From contig JBEVLV010000191.1 of assembly GCA_040508955.1 (NCBI GenBank), positions 1 to 57,788 of the forward strand: DNA of 57,788 nucleotides, given 5' to 3'. Source of the DNA: Sphingomonas sp. Lineage in GTDB: Bacteria > Pseudomonadota > Alphaproteobacteria > Sphingomonadales > Sphingomonadaceae. The translations under genes and the position numbers were made by a program. The notes beneath the pieces are model-generated. The model was not told the origin of the DNA. It did no database searches and was given only the letters and a program-made list of their open reading frames with translations. Positions 10,695 through 20,197 of the stretch are shown here, piece by piece (within the stretch, counting starts at the first letter, position 1; each line of letters starts with the position of its first letter).

Positions 10695-11607
10695 TTCAGT
10701 CAGATGGGAAGCAGCCCAGTGGATCGAACGCCGGATGGGCGACGGCGCGTTCGACCATCGAGCCTTTGATGCATGGCTGGCCAGCGACCCCCGCCATCAA
10801 TCCGTGTTCGAGGCCATGTGGCGGCGGACGATGGGTTCCCAAATGGATACCGCGCTGGGCGCCTATGCGCGCCACCGCATCATCCGTCGCGCTTTGCCCT
10901 CCGCAGGGGCGGTGGTGCTGGCCCTGGTAGGCGGCTACCAGGCCATGCCTTTCATCGAAGGCTATCTTGCACCGGTGAAGGAATATCAGGTGGCGGATCG
11001 CGCCATGCGGACGGTCGCGCTGGCCGATGGCACGAAGCTCGTCCTGGCGGGGGGCGCGTCCTTGAAAGTGCGCTACACGCGCCATGAACGCCGTGTCGAA
11101 CTCACACATGGCACCATCTTCGCCGAAGTGGCGCATGACAAGGACCGCCCGTTCCGGGTCGACACCGGTGAAACCAGGATCGTCGATATCGGCACCAGCT
11201 TCGAAGTGGTGAGCAAGCCCTCGCTCGTCCGGGTCACCGTCGCTTCCGGCACGGTTCGATTTGGCCGCAATCAGTGGTTTGGCAAGTCGCTCGATCTCGG
11301 TGCGAACCAGGCTGCCACCCTCGATAAGACGGGCCTCAACCGAATTGCGGACACGAATTCGCTCAGCGTCGCTTCCTGGCGCAACGAATGGGCGGAGTAT
11401 AAGGGCGCGCCTCTTCGGCAGGTCATCGCGGATCTGCAAAGCCTTTCGCCATTGCCTATAAGGATTGCCGACGCGCAGCTGGCGAACCGGCGCGTGAGCG
11501 GGCGGATCAAGCTCACCGATCCGGTCGGTCAGCTGGAAAATCTCGCGATCGTTCAGGCCTTCCGCGTTGAGCGAACCGAAGGCGGATTTCTTCTCTCGAA
11601 GAACTAG
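10675..11607 (+). CDS. FecR-family anti-sigma/sensor (1)
   Basis: EAAQW...FDAWLASDPRH, TM segment, LADGTKLVL, DKDRPFRV, DIGTSFEV; probable GTG start after GAGAGG, overlapping the sigma gene end. Confidence 0.9.
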   Translation: MVLSETDSVRWEAAQWIERRMGDGAFDHRAFDAWLASDPRHQSVFEAMWRRTMGSQMDTALGAYARHRIIRRALPSAGAVVLALVGGYQAMPFIEGYLAPVKEYQVADRAMRTVALADGTKLVLAGGASLKVRYTRHERRVELTHGTIFAEVAHDKDRPFRVDTGETRIVDIGTSFEVVSKPSLVRVTVASGTVRFGRNQWFGKSLDLGANQAATLDKTGLNRIADTNSLSVASWRNEWAEYKGAPLRQVIADLQSLSPLPIRIADAQLANRRVSGRIKLTDPVGQLENLAIVQAFRVERTEGGFLLSKN

Positions 11608-11691
11608 CGCTTGATCCCATGCGCCAGGCGGGCGCCTTGTTTCAGATTTCCGAAGCAGATCCCCGTCGATCTTGATGGTGCGGCTCCAGGG

Positions 11692-11709
11692 CTGTAATAA
11701 AACTGCAAT
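11692..11709 (+). promoter_or_regulatory. Pho-box-like element upstream of the TonB receptor/PLC operon
   Basis: CTGTAAT-AAAA-CTGCAAT; 15/18 match to CTGTCATAAAACTGTCAT in an AT-rich patch. Confidence 0.55.
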
Positions 11710-11786
11710 AATAAAAATTGTGAAATTCGAGCTTCGGCTGCGTCTTTTCCTCAGAACCACTTCAAATCACTCATGGAGGATAGACG

Positions 11787-14700
11787 GTGCTCACGTTTCG
11801 GGGCTCGCTTCGCGCGGGAATTGCTGCCTGCGCTCTTACCATTGCTTTCGCTGCGAGTGCGTCGCCTGCTTCCGCGGGGACCAAAATCGTCCTGCCCGCC
11901 GCAACCCTCGAGGATTCGCTCAACGCTCTCTCGCGCCAGTCCGGGATGCAGATCTTGGTCGATCAGACCCTTCTGCGCGGAAAGCAGGCTCCGGCGATCC
12001 GGGCCGCTTCCTCGGTCGAGGCCGCACTAGGCCAGTTGCTCCGCGGATCGGGGCTGACCTGGCAGAAGCGCGGCGACGCCTTCCTGATTTCCCGCGGCCC
12101 TTCCGACCGCCAGAAGCAATCGGATCGGGCATCGGCCAATCGTTCTCGCGACCAACAGGCCGCGACAAACGCCGCCGAACGCGAAGTGGCGGAAGACGAC
12201 CATGCTGCCGATATCGTCGTCACCGGGTCGCACATCGCCCGCCCCGAAACGGCCTCGCCGATGCCGGTCAATGTCGTCAGCATCGACGAGGCGGCCCAGT
12301 TCGGCCGCGTCAATCTCTACGATGCCTTGATCCGCGATCCCGCCGTGGTCGCCGGTACCAGCCTTTACACCAGCACCGGTTTCGGCTGGGACAATGGCAT
12401 TTCCTCCGTCAGCCTGCGCGGACTGGGTGCCAGCCGCACCTTGACCTTGCTGGACGGACGGCGCCGCGTATCGGGCTCCGACGGCACCTCGGCGGTCGAT
12501 CTGGGCATGATCCCGCCCACCATGATCGATCGCGTCGAGATCGTCACGGGTGGCGCCGCCGCTGTTTATGGCGCGGACGCGGTCACGGGCGTCGTCAACG
12601 TCATCACCAAGAAATCACTGGACGGCCTGCACCTCTCCGCGACGCAAGGCATTTCGCAACAAGGCGATGCCAATGAGCTCAAGGTGACGATGGCCACCGG
12701 AGGCAAGTTCGCCGGTGACCGCGGCAGCTTCATCTTCGGCGTTTCCTATGCGCAGACGGATCCGCTCGAGATGTCGGCCAGGCGCGACCCCGCGCATCCC
12801 GCCACGTATAACGTCAATCCGGCCAATACCGGCCCGCATGACGGCATCCCGGACAATGTATATTATCCGCAAGGCGCCGGCACGTTCCTGCTCAACCCGC
12901 AGCCGACCTTCTTCCTGAACGGCCAGACCTACATCCTGGATCATGGCAATCTGCGCAAGGCGCAGTTCGACGTTCCCCTGACCGGGACGGGGACCTACAG
13001 CGCGACGGGAGCGGGTGGCGACGCCTTTGGTTCCGGCACGGCGGTCGAGGGTCAGATCCGGGGCGGCGCCAAGACGCTGAGCACGATGGCTCGGCTCTAC
13101 TATCCGATCGCGGATTCGATCAATTACGGCGCCTATTTCGATTTCAGTCGCAGCATCTATGGCGGCACCACCAATCTCGCGCAGCGACAGGACCAGCGCG
13201 ACGGCGGGCCTTATACCTCCATCACCAATCCCTTCATGCCCGATGCCGTGCGCAATCTTCTCATCCAGAACGGCGCGACCAGTGTCTATGTCGCGCGGAA
13301 GTTCTTCAACTATCCCAATCCCACGCAGAGATTCGACCGGCAGAACTTCACCATCGGCCAGTCCCTCTCCGCGGACATCGGGAAGAACTTGAAATGGGAA
13401 GCCTATTTCCAATACGGAAAGACGACCAACAACGCCACGACCTATAACGTAGCGATTTTCGACGCCTGGCAGGCGGCGCGCAATGTCATCGCCGATCCGG
13501 CGACGGGCCAGCCCGTATGTGCCGATCCCGCAGCCCGGGCGGCCGGCTGCGTGCCCTTCAATGTCTTCCAGACCACGCCGTACAGCCAGGCGCTGATCGA
13601 CTATACCTCGTTCACCCGGAGCGATCGCATCGAGACCGCGCAGCTCATGTTCGGCGGAGATGTCTCCGGCAGCGCCTTTTCGCTGCCTTACGGCGATCTG
13701 CAATTCACCGTGGGGATCGAGAGCCGAAAGGACATGTTGAACGAGAGAGGCGATCCGCGTGACGGCGGACCGGGAACGCCCCAGACTTCCAAGGTAGGGA
13801 TCATTCGTCAGTGGGGCGGCCAGGCTCCGGTCCTGAACGACCTGGACGTCTCGCAGAACGTCACCGAAGCCTATGTCGAAGCGGTCGCGCCGGTGCTGAA
13901 GGATCTTCCCTTCGCACGTCTGGTACAGATCGAAGGGGCCTATCGTCTCTCTCACTACGGCAATGGGATCGGTAATACCGATACCTGGAAGGGCGGTGCG
14001 ATCTGGTCGCCCTTCGACGGGCTTTCGTTCCGAGGCGTTCGCTCGCGCAGCATGCGCGTGCCGAATTTCGGCGAACTCTACACGCCGAGAACCACCAGCT
14101 TCAGCGTCAATCCGGCCGATCCCTGTCTTCGCGTCAATATCGGCCTGACCGCGGCGCGCCAGGCAAATTGCGTGGCTCTGGGTGTCCCTGCAGCGGGACT
14201 CGGCAACTATCCGGTCGGTCCCGACATCACCTCCGGTGGCAATCCCGATCTAAAGCCGGAAACGTCGAACAGCCTGACGCTGGGCGCGATCTTCCAGCCC
14301 AGATTCGTGCGCGGCTTCGAACTCACGGTCGACTATTGGGATATCGACATCACCAATGTCATCGCTTCGTTCAGCGCAGCCACGATCTACAATCTCTGTG
14401 TCGATCTCCCCTCGACCGACAATGCGTTCTGCCACGCGCAAACCCGCGATCCCACCACCCATTATCTCACCACGGCGAACACCGGCTACATCAATGCGCA
14501 GCGCCTGGAAGCAAAGGGCATCGATGTCGGCGCGCGCTATCGTCGGCCGTTGTTCGGCGGCACGCTCGATCTCTCGTTCAAGGGCACGTACCTCCTCAAG
14601 CAGGTCACCGAGACCACGCCGGGCCAGCCCAGCGGCAACATCTATTCGGCGGGGAGTTGGGACAATCCGCATTTCAAGGGCACGTTTTCGGCCGACTATT

Positions 14701-14984
14701 CGATCGGGAAATTCGGCGTCGGGCTCAACACCCGGTTTGTCGGGGCCGGCAAGATCAACGTGAACGCTCAGACCGACGAGGTCTACCCGGACAATCACGT
14801 CCCAGCTTATCTGGTTAACGACATCAACGTCAGGTTCGACGTGAACGACAAGTACAATATCGGCGCCGGTGTCAGGAACGTGTTCAACCAATATTCTCAG
14901 AACAACTATGTGTTCTTCAATAATACGTCGCAATACGATGCTATCGGCCGGTTCTTCTTCGTGACGTTGAACGTGAAGATGTAA
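11787..14984 (+). CDS. TonB-dependent transducer with N-terminal STN signalling domain
   Basis: Signal peptide; LPAATLEDSLNALSRQSG...LLRGSGL (STN); DIVVTGS TonB box; LRGLGASRTLTLLDGRR and IDRVEIVTGGAAAVYGADA plug; GNPDLKPE. Confidence 0.93.
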   Translation: MLTFRGSLRAGIAACALTIAFAASASPASAGTKIVLPAATLEDSLNALSRQSGMQILVDQTLLRGKQAPAIRAASSVEAALGQLLRGSGLTWQKRGDAFLISRGPSDRQKQSDRASANRSRDQQAATNAAEREVAEDDHAADIVVTGSHIARPETASPMPVNVVSIDEAAQFGRVNLYDALIRDPAVVAGTSLYTSTGFGWDNGISSVSLRGLGASRTLTLLDGRRRVSGSDGTSAVDLGMIPPTMIDRVEIVTGGAAAVYGADAVTGVVNVITKKSLDGLHLSATQGISQQGDANELKVTMATGGKFAGDRGSFIFGVSYAQTDPLEMSARRDPAHPATYNVNPANTGPHDGIPDNVYYPQGAGTFLLNPQPTFFLNGQTYILDHGNLRKAQFDVPLTGTGTYSATGAGGDAFGSGTAVEGQIRGGAKTLSTMARLYYPIADSINYGAYFDFSRSIYGGTTNLAQRQDQRDGGPYTSITNPFMPDAVRNLLIQNGATSVYVARKFFNYPNPTQRFDRQNFTIGQSLSADIGKNLKWEAYFQYGKTTNNATTYNVAIFDAWQAARNVIADPATGQPVCADPAARAAGCVPFNVFQTTPYSQALIDYTSFTRSDRIETAQLMFGGDVSGSAFSLPYGDLQFTVGIESRKDMLNERGDPRDGGPGTPQTSKVGIIRQWGGQAPVLNDLDVSQNVTEAYVEAVAPVLKDLPFARLVQIEGAYRLSHYGNGIGNTDTWKGGAIWSPFDGLSFRGVRSRSMRVPNFGELYTPRTTSFSVNPADPCLRVNIGLTAARQANCVALGVPAAGLGNYPVGPDITSGGNPDLKPETSNSLTLGAIFQPRFVRGFELTVDYWDIDITNVIASFSAATIYNLCVDLPSTDNAFCHAQTRDPTTHYLTTANTGYINAQRLEAKGIDVGARYRRPLFGGTLDLSFKGTYLLKQVTETTPGQPSGNIYSAGSWDNPHFKGTFSADYSIGKFGVGLNTRFVGAGKINVNAQTDEVYPDNHVPAYLVNDINVRFDVNDKYNIGAGVRNVFNQYSQNNYVFFNNTSQYDAIGRFFFVTLNVKM

Positions 14985-15073
14985 CGTGTTCTCGCGTTGC
15001 GTCACATCCCTTGAGGGAGAGCTCGAAATCCGGGCTCTCCTTCCTTCCGCCGACACCACCAGGGAGCAGGCAC

Positions 15074-16525
15074 ATGCCGGATAGGCCGCTGTTCACCCGT
15101 CGCCGATTGCTCACCGATGCGGCGCAGATCGCCTCCGTGGCGGCCGCATCCACGCTGCTGCCACCCAACGTGCAACGGCTGATGGCACAGACGCCGAACC
15201 GCGCCGGCTCGCTCAGGGACGTCAAGCACGTCGTGATGCTGATGCAGGAGAACCGCTCGTTCGATCATTATTTCGGCACGCTGGCCGGCGTGCGCGGCTT
15301 CAACGATTCCAACGCCCTGATGCTCTCGACCGGGAGGAACGTCTTCCACCAGCCCGATGCACAGCATCCGGATGGCTACATGCTGCCGTTTCACCTCGAC
15401 ACCGCCTCGACCAGCGCGCTGAAGATACCCTCGACCAGCCATGCCTGGAAGGTGCAGCATCAGGCGTGGAATGGCGGCAGTATGGACCAGTGGCTGCCGG
15501 CTCATCGCGGCGCGGACGGCGAACACGGCCCCTATACGATGGGCTATTTCAAGCGCGAGGACATCCCGTTCCACTATGCGCTGGCCGAGGCGTTCACGAT
15601 CTGCGACGCCTATCACTGCTCGGTGATGGGGCCGACCTGGCCCAACCGCCTCTACTGGCTGACCGGGACGATCGACCCGGACGCGCTCGCGGGCGGACCG
15701 GTGATCAGCAACACCAAGGTGCCCGGAGCCTTCCGCTGGACCACCTATGCCGAACGGCTCGAACAGGCCGGGATAGACTGGGGCGTCTATCAATATGGCA
15801 GCAAGAAGGGCGACATGAGCATGTTCGTCGAATTCGCCCAGTTCCAGGACGCGGCGGCCGGCTCGCCGCTCGCCGTCAAGGGAACGCCCGATGTCGACGA
15901 AGACAAGTTCGCCTCCGACGTCCTCCACGACCGTCTGCCCACGATCTCCTGGATTCATCCCAGTTACGAGGCGAACGAGCATCCCGGCAATCGGGGACCA
16001 GGGCCGGCGATAGGCGCGGACTTCATCGCACGGCGGCTCAGCGAGCTGGCCGCCAACCCGGAGGTGTGGGCCAAGACCGTCTTCATCCTCAATTACGACG
16101 AGAATGATGGGCTGTTCGACCATGTGCCGCCGCGTGTCCCGCCGGAAGGCACACCACACGAATTCGTGAACGGCCTGCCGATCGGCGGCGGCTTCCGGGT
16201 GCCCTGCATCATCATCTCGCCCTGGACCGTCGGTGGCTGGGTATGCAGCCAGCCGTTCGACCACACCTCGATCCTGCAATTCCTCGAGCGAGTGACCGGC
16301 GTGCGCGAGCCGAACATCAGCGATTGGCGCCGTCAGACCTTCGGCGACCTCACCTCGGCCTTCCGTTTCAACCAGCCTGCCAAAGCGCCGAACCTGCCCG
16401 GCGGCACCGGAGAGCGACTGCAAGAGGCGCAGGCAAGCATCGCAAAACTGCCCGCGCCGACGTTCCCCGGCGCGGGGCAGGGCGTTCCGGTGCAGGAGAA
16501 AGGAAAGCGGAAGCGGGTGAGATAG
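15074..16525 (+). CDS. Tat-exported phosphoesterase / phospholipase C (PlcN/AcpA superfamily), paralog 1
   Basis: TRRRLL Tat motif; HVVMLMQENRSFDHYFG; GPTWPNR (Thr nucleophile); NYDENDGLFDHV; GFRVP; FDHTS. Confidence 0.92.
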   Translation: MPDRPLFTRRRLLTDAAQIASVAAASTLLPPNVQRLMAQTPNRAGSLRDVKHVVMLMQENRSFDHYFGTLAGVRGFNDSNALMLSTGRNVFHQPDAQHPDGYMLPFHLDTASTSALKIPSTSHAWKVQHQAWNGGSMDQWLPAHRGADGEHGPYTMGYFKREDIPFHYALAEAFTICDAYHCSVMGPTWPNRLYWLTGTIDPDALAGGPVISNTKVPGAFRWTTYAERLEQAGIDWGVYQYGSKKGDMSMFVEFAQFQDAAAGSPLAVKGTPDVDEDKFASDVLHDRLPTISWIHPSYEANEHPGNRGPGPAIGADFIARRLSELAANPEVWAKTVFILNYDENDGLFDHVPPRVPPEGTPHEFVNGLPIGGGFRVPCIIISPWTVGGWVCSQPFDHTSILQFLERVTGVREPNISDWRRQTFGDLTSAFRFNQPAKAPNLPGGTGERLQEAQASIAKLPAPTFPGAGQGVPVQEKGKRKRVR

Positions 16526-16603
16526 CGCGGGCGGCGAGCGCTGCGGATACCGTGTCCCGTACGCCGCGCGGCCGATTATCGGCCGGCGGCGATTTCCGCG
16601 TCT

Positions 16604-19072
16604 CTATCTCCCCCCGAACCGCTTGGTCAGGACCAGCCCGAGCGTCCGCGGATTGGGCGGGTTGTTGTACGGATCGAAGCCCAGCACGCCGTTGACGATC
16701 TGCCGCGGCCGCTGGTCGAAGATATTCGCCACGACGACCTGCACTTCGCTGCCGGCCAATAGCTTCGACGTCGTCAGGCGCCCCAGATCGAAGCCGAGGA
16801 AGAGCGACGCGGTGGTGTACGAGCCGATGGCCTGCAATGGCTGGCCGGGTCGGTTGTCGGTGAAGCCGTCGACATAGTTCACCACCGATCCGACCGAGAA
16901 GCCGCCGCGCCCCCAGGCGACGGTGCCGTTCAGGCGGAGATCCGAGGGTTGCGCGTAGCCGTCGAGCCGCGAGACCGCGACGCCGCCCGCCTTGAGGCTC
17001 AGGTCGAGGATATATTCGCCGGTCAGGTGCACGCTGGCGTTGCCGCCGAACAGGGGCACGCGCCAGGCAAGGTCGAGATCGAAGCCGTCGGTCGTTTCCA
17101 CCGCGAAATTCTGCGGCCGGATGTCGGCGATCATCTGGACGCTCGAAAGCAGGTTGGCCGGAATCTGGCTCGCGCTGTCGTAGATCACGGTATCGCCATT
17201 GCTGACGAAGGGAATGTCCGTGGCGAACCAGCGGAACGTCACCGGATTGTTGACGATGCTGCCGACGAGCGCGGCGCTTGGATTCTGCACGTTGAACCCC
17301 TGCAGGTCCGGAACCGAGACGCTGTCGTCCTGCGAGGGGGTGACGACGCGGTCCGAGATCTTGACGCGATAATAGCCCGCCTTGATGGTGAGGTTCGGGA
17401 TGAAGGTCGGCGTCAGGTCCACGCCGATCGTGAACGTGTCCGCCTTCTGGGTCTTGAGATCGGGATTGGCGCCGGCCCGGAACATGACCACCGCGTTTCC
17501 GGCGGGCAGAGCCGGGTTCTGGTTGCCGGGTTTCAGGAATGCATCGGGATAATTCCAGAACGAAACCTGCTCGGCGATGCCGATGGTGTCGCGGAATTTC
17601 GGCACCAGGAAGGATCGCGCATAGGTGCCGCGCAGCGCGATCGAACGATCGACCTGCCACCGCAGCCCGAACTTCGGCGCCAGCGCATGGTCGAAGCCCA
17701 GATCCTCATAGCGCGCGGCCGCTGTCAGGGTCAGCGCGCGGATGAACGGCACGTCCTGGCCGGGGCCCACGATCGGCACGTTGACCTCGCCGAAGACCGA
17801 CTTGGCCTTTCGCGTCCCGCCATTGAGGTTGAAGAATATCTTCGCATCGGTGCGCAGGGTCTCGACGCGATACTGCACGCCGCCCGCCACCATGACCGGT
17901 CCCGCCGGCAGCCTGGCAAGCGCCGTCTGCCCGCTCAGTTCGGCGACGAACAGGCTGTTGGTATAGCTGTAGTGGGTATCGGGATCGCCATAGGGCGGAA
18001 CGCCCTCGAAGACCTTGCTGCCGGTCTTGTTGCGCCCATAATCGACGTTGAGATCGATCGAAGTGGCTTCGTTGCCCTGCCAGTGCGCGTTTCCATTGAC
18101 GGACGAACCGGTGGTGCGCGTCTTGAAGCGCTCGTTATATTGGGTGAAATCCGGGTAATCGATGCGCGCGTCGCGGTCGCGCTGGAAGTGCGAGGCGTCC
18201 ACCGAGAAGGTGACATCGCCCGCTTCCTGGCGAATGCCGCCATAGAAGCCGCTGACCGTCTCGTTGGGCAGCTGGCTGATCTGGACGCGCCAGCCGTCCG
18301 AGACGACGGGATCCTCGATATATTCGGACCGCTTCTGGTACATCGCCATCGCATAGACGCTGCCGCTTCCCCAGCTATGGCCGAAGAGCGCGCTGGCCTC
18401 GCCGTTCTTCGATCCGGTCTGGGTGCTGGTCGATCCGCGTACGCGCAGCTCGACGCCGTCGTCCGGCTTGCGCGTGACGATGTTGACGACGCCCGCCACG
18501 GCATCGGCGCCGTAGGTTGCGGAAGCGCCGTCCGGGATGATGTCGATGCGCTCGATCAGCGCGGACGGCAGGACGGAGACCGTCGGCGATTCGGTCATCC
18601 CGGCCGACGCCGTGCGCCGGCCGTTCACCAGCGTCAGGGTCGCGTCCGAACCGAGACCGCGCAGGGCGAAGCTCGCGAAGCCGTCATATTGATTGTAGGT
18701 CGTCCCGGTGCTGAGGGTCGTACCGATCTGTGCCGCCGAAGTGCCGAAATCGCTCAGGTCGCCGGTGAAGTTCTGCGGGATGGTGAGCATGTACTCCGAG
18801 ATCGCGCCCGCGCCGGACTGCACGATGTCCGCCTTGCCATAGGTGAAGACCGGGCTCGCCACATATTCCTTGGGCAGGCCGCGGATCAGCGAACCGGTGA
18901 CGACGATGCCCCCTGTGTCCGGTTCGGCCGCTTCGTCCCGATGCTCCGGAGCCTTGTCATCGAGAGGCTTCCCCTCGCTCTGACCGGTTGGGACATTTTC
19001 CTGCGCGAGCGCGGGCGATACGCACGCCCCGGCCAACGAAACCGCGACGACCCCATTGATAAAATACGACAA
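16604..19072 (-). CDS. TonB-dependent receptor
   Basis: Signal peptide; GIVVTGSLIRG; LRGLGSDATLTLVNGRR; IERIDIIPDGASATYGADAVAGVVN; ANPDLK; C-terminal RTLGLVLTKRF. Confidence 0.92.
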   Translation of the reverse strand: MSYFINGVVAVSLAGACVSPALAQENVPTGQSEGKPLDDKAPEHRDEAAEPDTGGIVVTGSLIRGLPKEYVASPVFTYGKADIVQSGAGAISEYMLTIPQNFTGDLSDFGTSAAQIGTTLSTGTTYNQYDGFASFALRGLGSDATLTLVNGRRTASAGMTESPTVSVLPSALIERIDIIPDGASATYGADAVAGVVNIVTRKPDDGVELRVRGSTSTQTGSKNGEASALFGHSWGSGSVYAMAMYQKRSEYIEDPVVSDGWRVQISQLPNETVSGFYGGIRQEAGDVTFSVDASHFQRDRDARIDYPDFTQYNERFKTRTTGSSVNGNAHWQGNEATSIDLNVDYGRNKTGSKVFEGVPPYGDPDTHYSYTNSLFVAELSGQTALARLPAGPVMVAGGVQYRVETLRTDAKIFFNLNGGTRKAKSVFGEVNVPIVGPGQDVPFIRALTLTAAARYEDLGFDHALAPKFGLRWQVDRSIALRGTYARSFLVPKFRDTIGIAEQVSFWNYPDAFLKPGNQNPALPAGNAVVMFRAGANPDLKTQKADTFTIGVDLTPTFIPNLTIKAGYYRVKISDRVVTPSQDDSVSVPDLQGFNVQNPSAALVGSIVNNPVTFRWFATDIPFVSNGDTVIYDSASQIPANLLSSVQMIADIRPQNFAVETTDGFDLDLAWRVPLFGGNASVHLTGEYILDLSLKAGGVAVSRLDGYAQPSDLRLNGTVAWGRGGFSVGSVVNYVDGFTDNRPGQPLQAIGSYTTASLFLGFDLGRLTTSKLLAGSEVQVVVANIFDQRPRQIVNGVLGFDPYNNPPNPRTLGLVLTKRFGGR

Positions 19073-19087
19073 TGCATTCCCCCAACA

Positions 19088-19107
19088 TGATATGTTACAT
19101 CATATCA
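19088..19107. promoter_or_regulatory. Inverted repeat (putative operator) upstream of TonB receptor
   Basis: TGATATG-TTACAT-CATATCA, ~15 bp upstream of the receptor ATG. Confidence 0.45.
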
Positions 19108-19395
19108 CATCCCGCTACGAATGTGGGGCGTTGATGTCAATTGGTGTTGCCGGCCTGCCGATGGAAATGGGCACCGTCCGGACGGGGAATGCATTGAACG
19201 AGCCTGTTGGCACTTGCGCGCATCGCAGCCGGGCCGCAGCAACCGCTTTTGGGCCCGATCACGGTGGCGAGGAGCAAATCGGGTCGCCAGGGCGCGCTCG
19301 CGGCGTAGCTGTACTGGATCAGAGGAGCGCGGTAAGCGACCTTGCTGGCATGCATGCACGATGTGGGATGCACCGGTGATTTACGGCGAGTTCTA

Positions 19396-20187
19396 ATGGA
19401 TCGGAAAAGTCTCAAGGGCACCTATTCGGCGCCTGCCATCGGAAAGGCCTTCGAGATCATTGCGCTGCTCGGCGACTATCCGGACGGCGCCTTGATCAGC
19501 GAGATGGCCGCGCGGCAGGGACGTACGGTGGGTGAGCTCTTCCGCATCGTCGTGGTGATGGAGCAGCTCGGCTATCTCCGCAAATCGGCGGGAACGGATC
19601 GCTACACGGTATCCTACAAGCTGCTGGAGATGGCCTTCCGCGCGACCCCCGCGCAGGATCTCGTGCGGGCGGCGCTGCCGGAGATGCAGGGGCTGGCGCT
19701 CGCATCGGGGCAGTCATGCCACCTGGTTGTCGCCAATGGCGGCCATGGGCTGGTCGTCGCCGTCGAGCAGCAGCCGGAAACCCGGGGGTTCTCCCTGCGA
19801 CTGGGCGCCAGGATCGATATCGTCCAGAGCTGCTCCGGCCAGGTCATCCTCGCTTTCTCCTCGGCGCAGCGGGCGCAGCAGATCGTTGCGGCAGCGGAAG
19901 GGGAACGGAACGTCGCCGTCGACCAGGCATGGCTGGCGGGCCGGCTCGCCGTCATCCGGGAAAGCGGGTTCGACAGCCGGAAAAGTCCTATCACCCACGG
20001 CGTGACGGATATCAGCTTCCCGGTATTCGGGTTCGATGGGCGTATCAGCGCTGCGCTGACGATACCCTTTCTCGCGCTGATCGACGGTTCCCAGAAGGTC
20101 GATCTGTCGGCCGCGCGCGATCTGCTGCGAGCGACCGTCGCGCGGATATCCGATGCGCTGGGGTATCAGGCGCCCGCAAGCCGATAG
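19396..20187 (+). CDS. IclR-family transcriptional regulator
   Basis: YSAPAIGKAFEII, ELFRIVVVMEQLGY, QSCHLVV, SCSGQVILAF, GVTDISFPV. Confidence 0.92.
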   Translation: MDRKSLKGTYSAPAIGKAFEIIALLGDYPDGALISEMAARQGRTVGELFRIVVVMEQLGYLRKSAGTDRYTVSYKLLEMAFRATPAQDLVRAALPEMQGLALASGQSCHLVVANGGHGLVVAVEQQPETRGFSLRLGARIDIVQSCSGQVILAFSSAQRAQQIVAAAEGERNVAVDQAWLAGRLAVIRESGFDSRKSPITHGVTDISFPVFGFDGRISAALTIPFLALIDGSQKVDLSAARDLLRATVARISDALGYQAPASR

Positions 20188-20197
20188 CCGAGACCCT

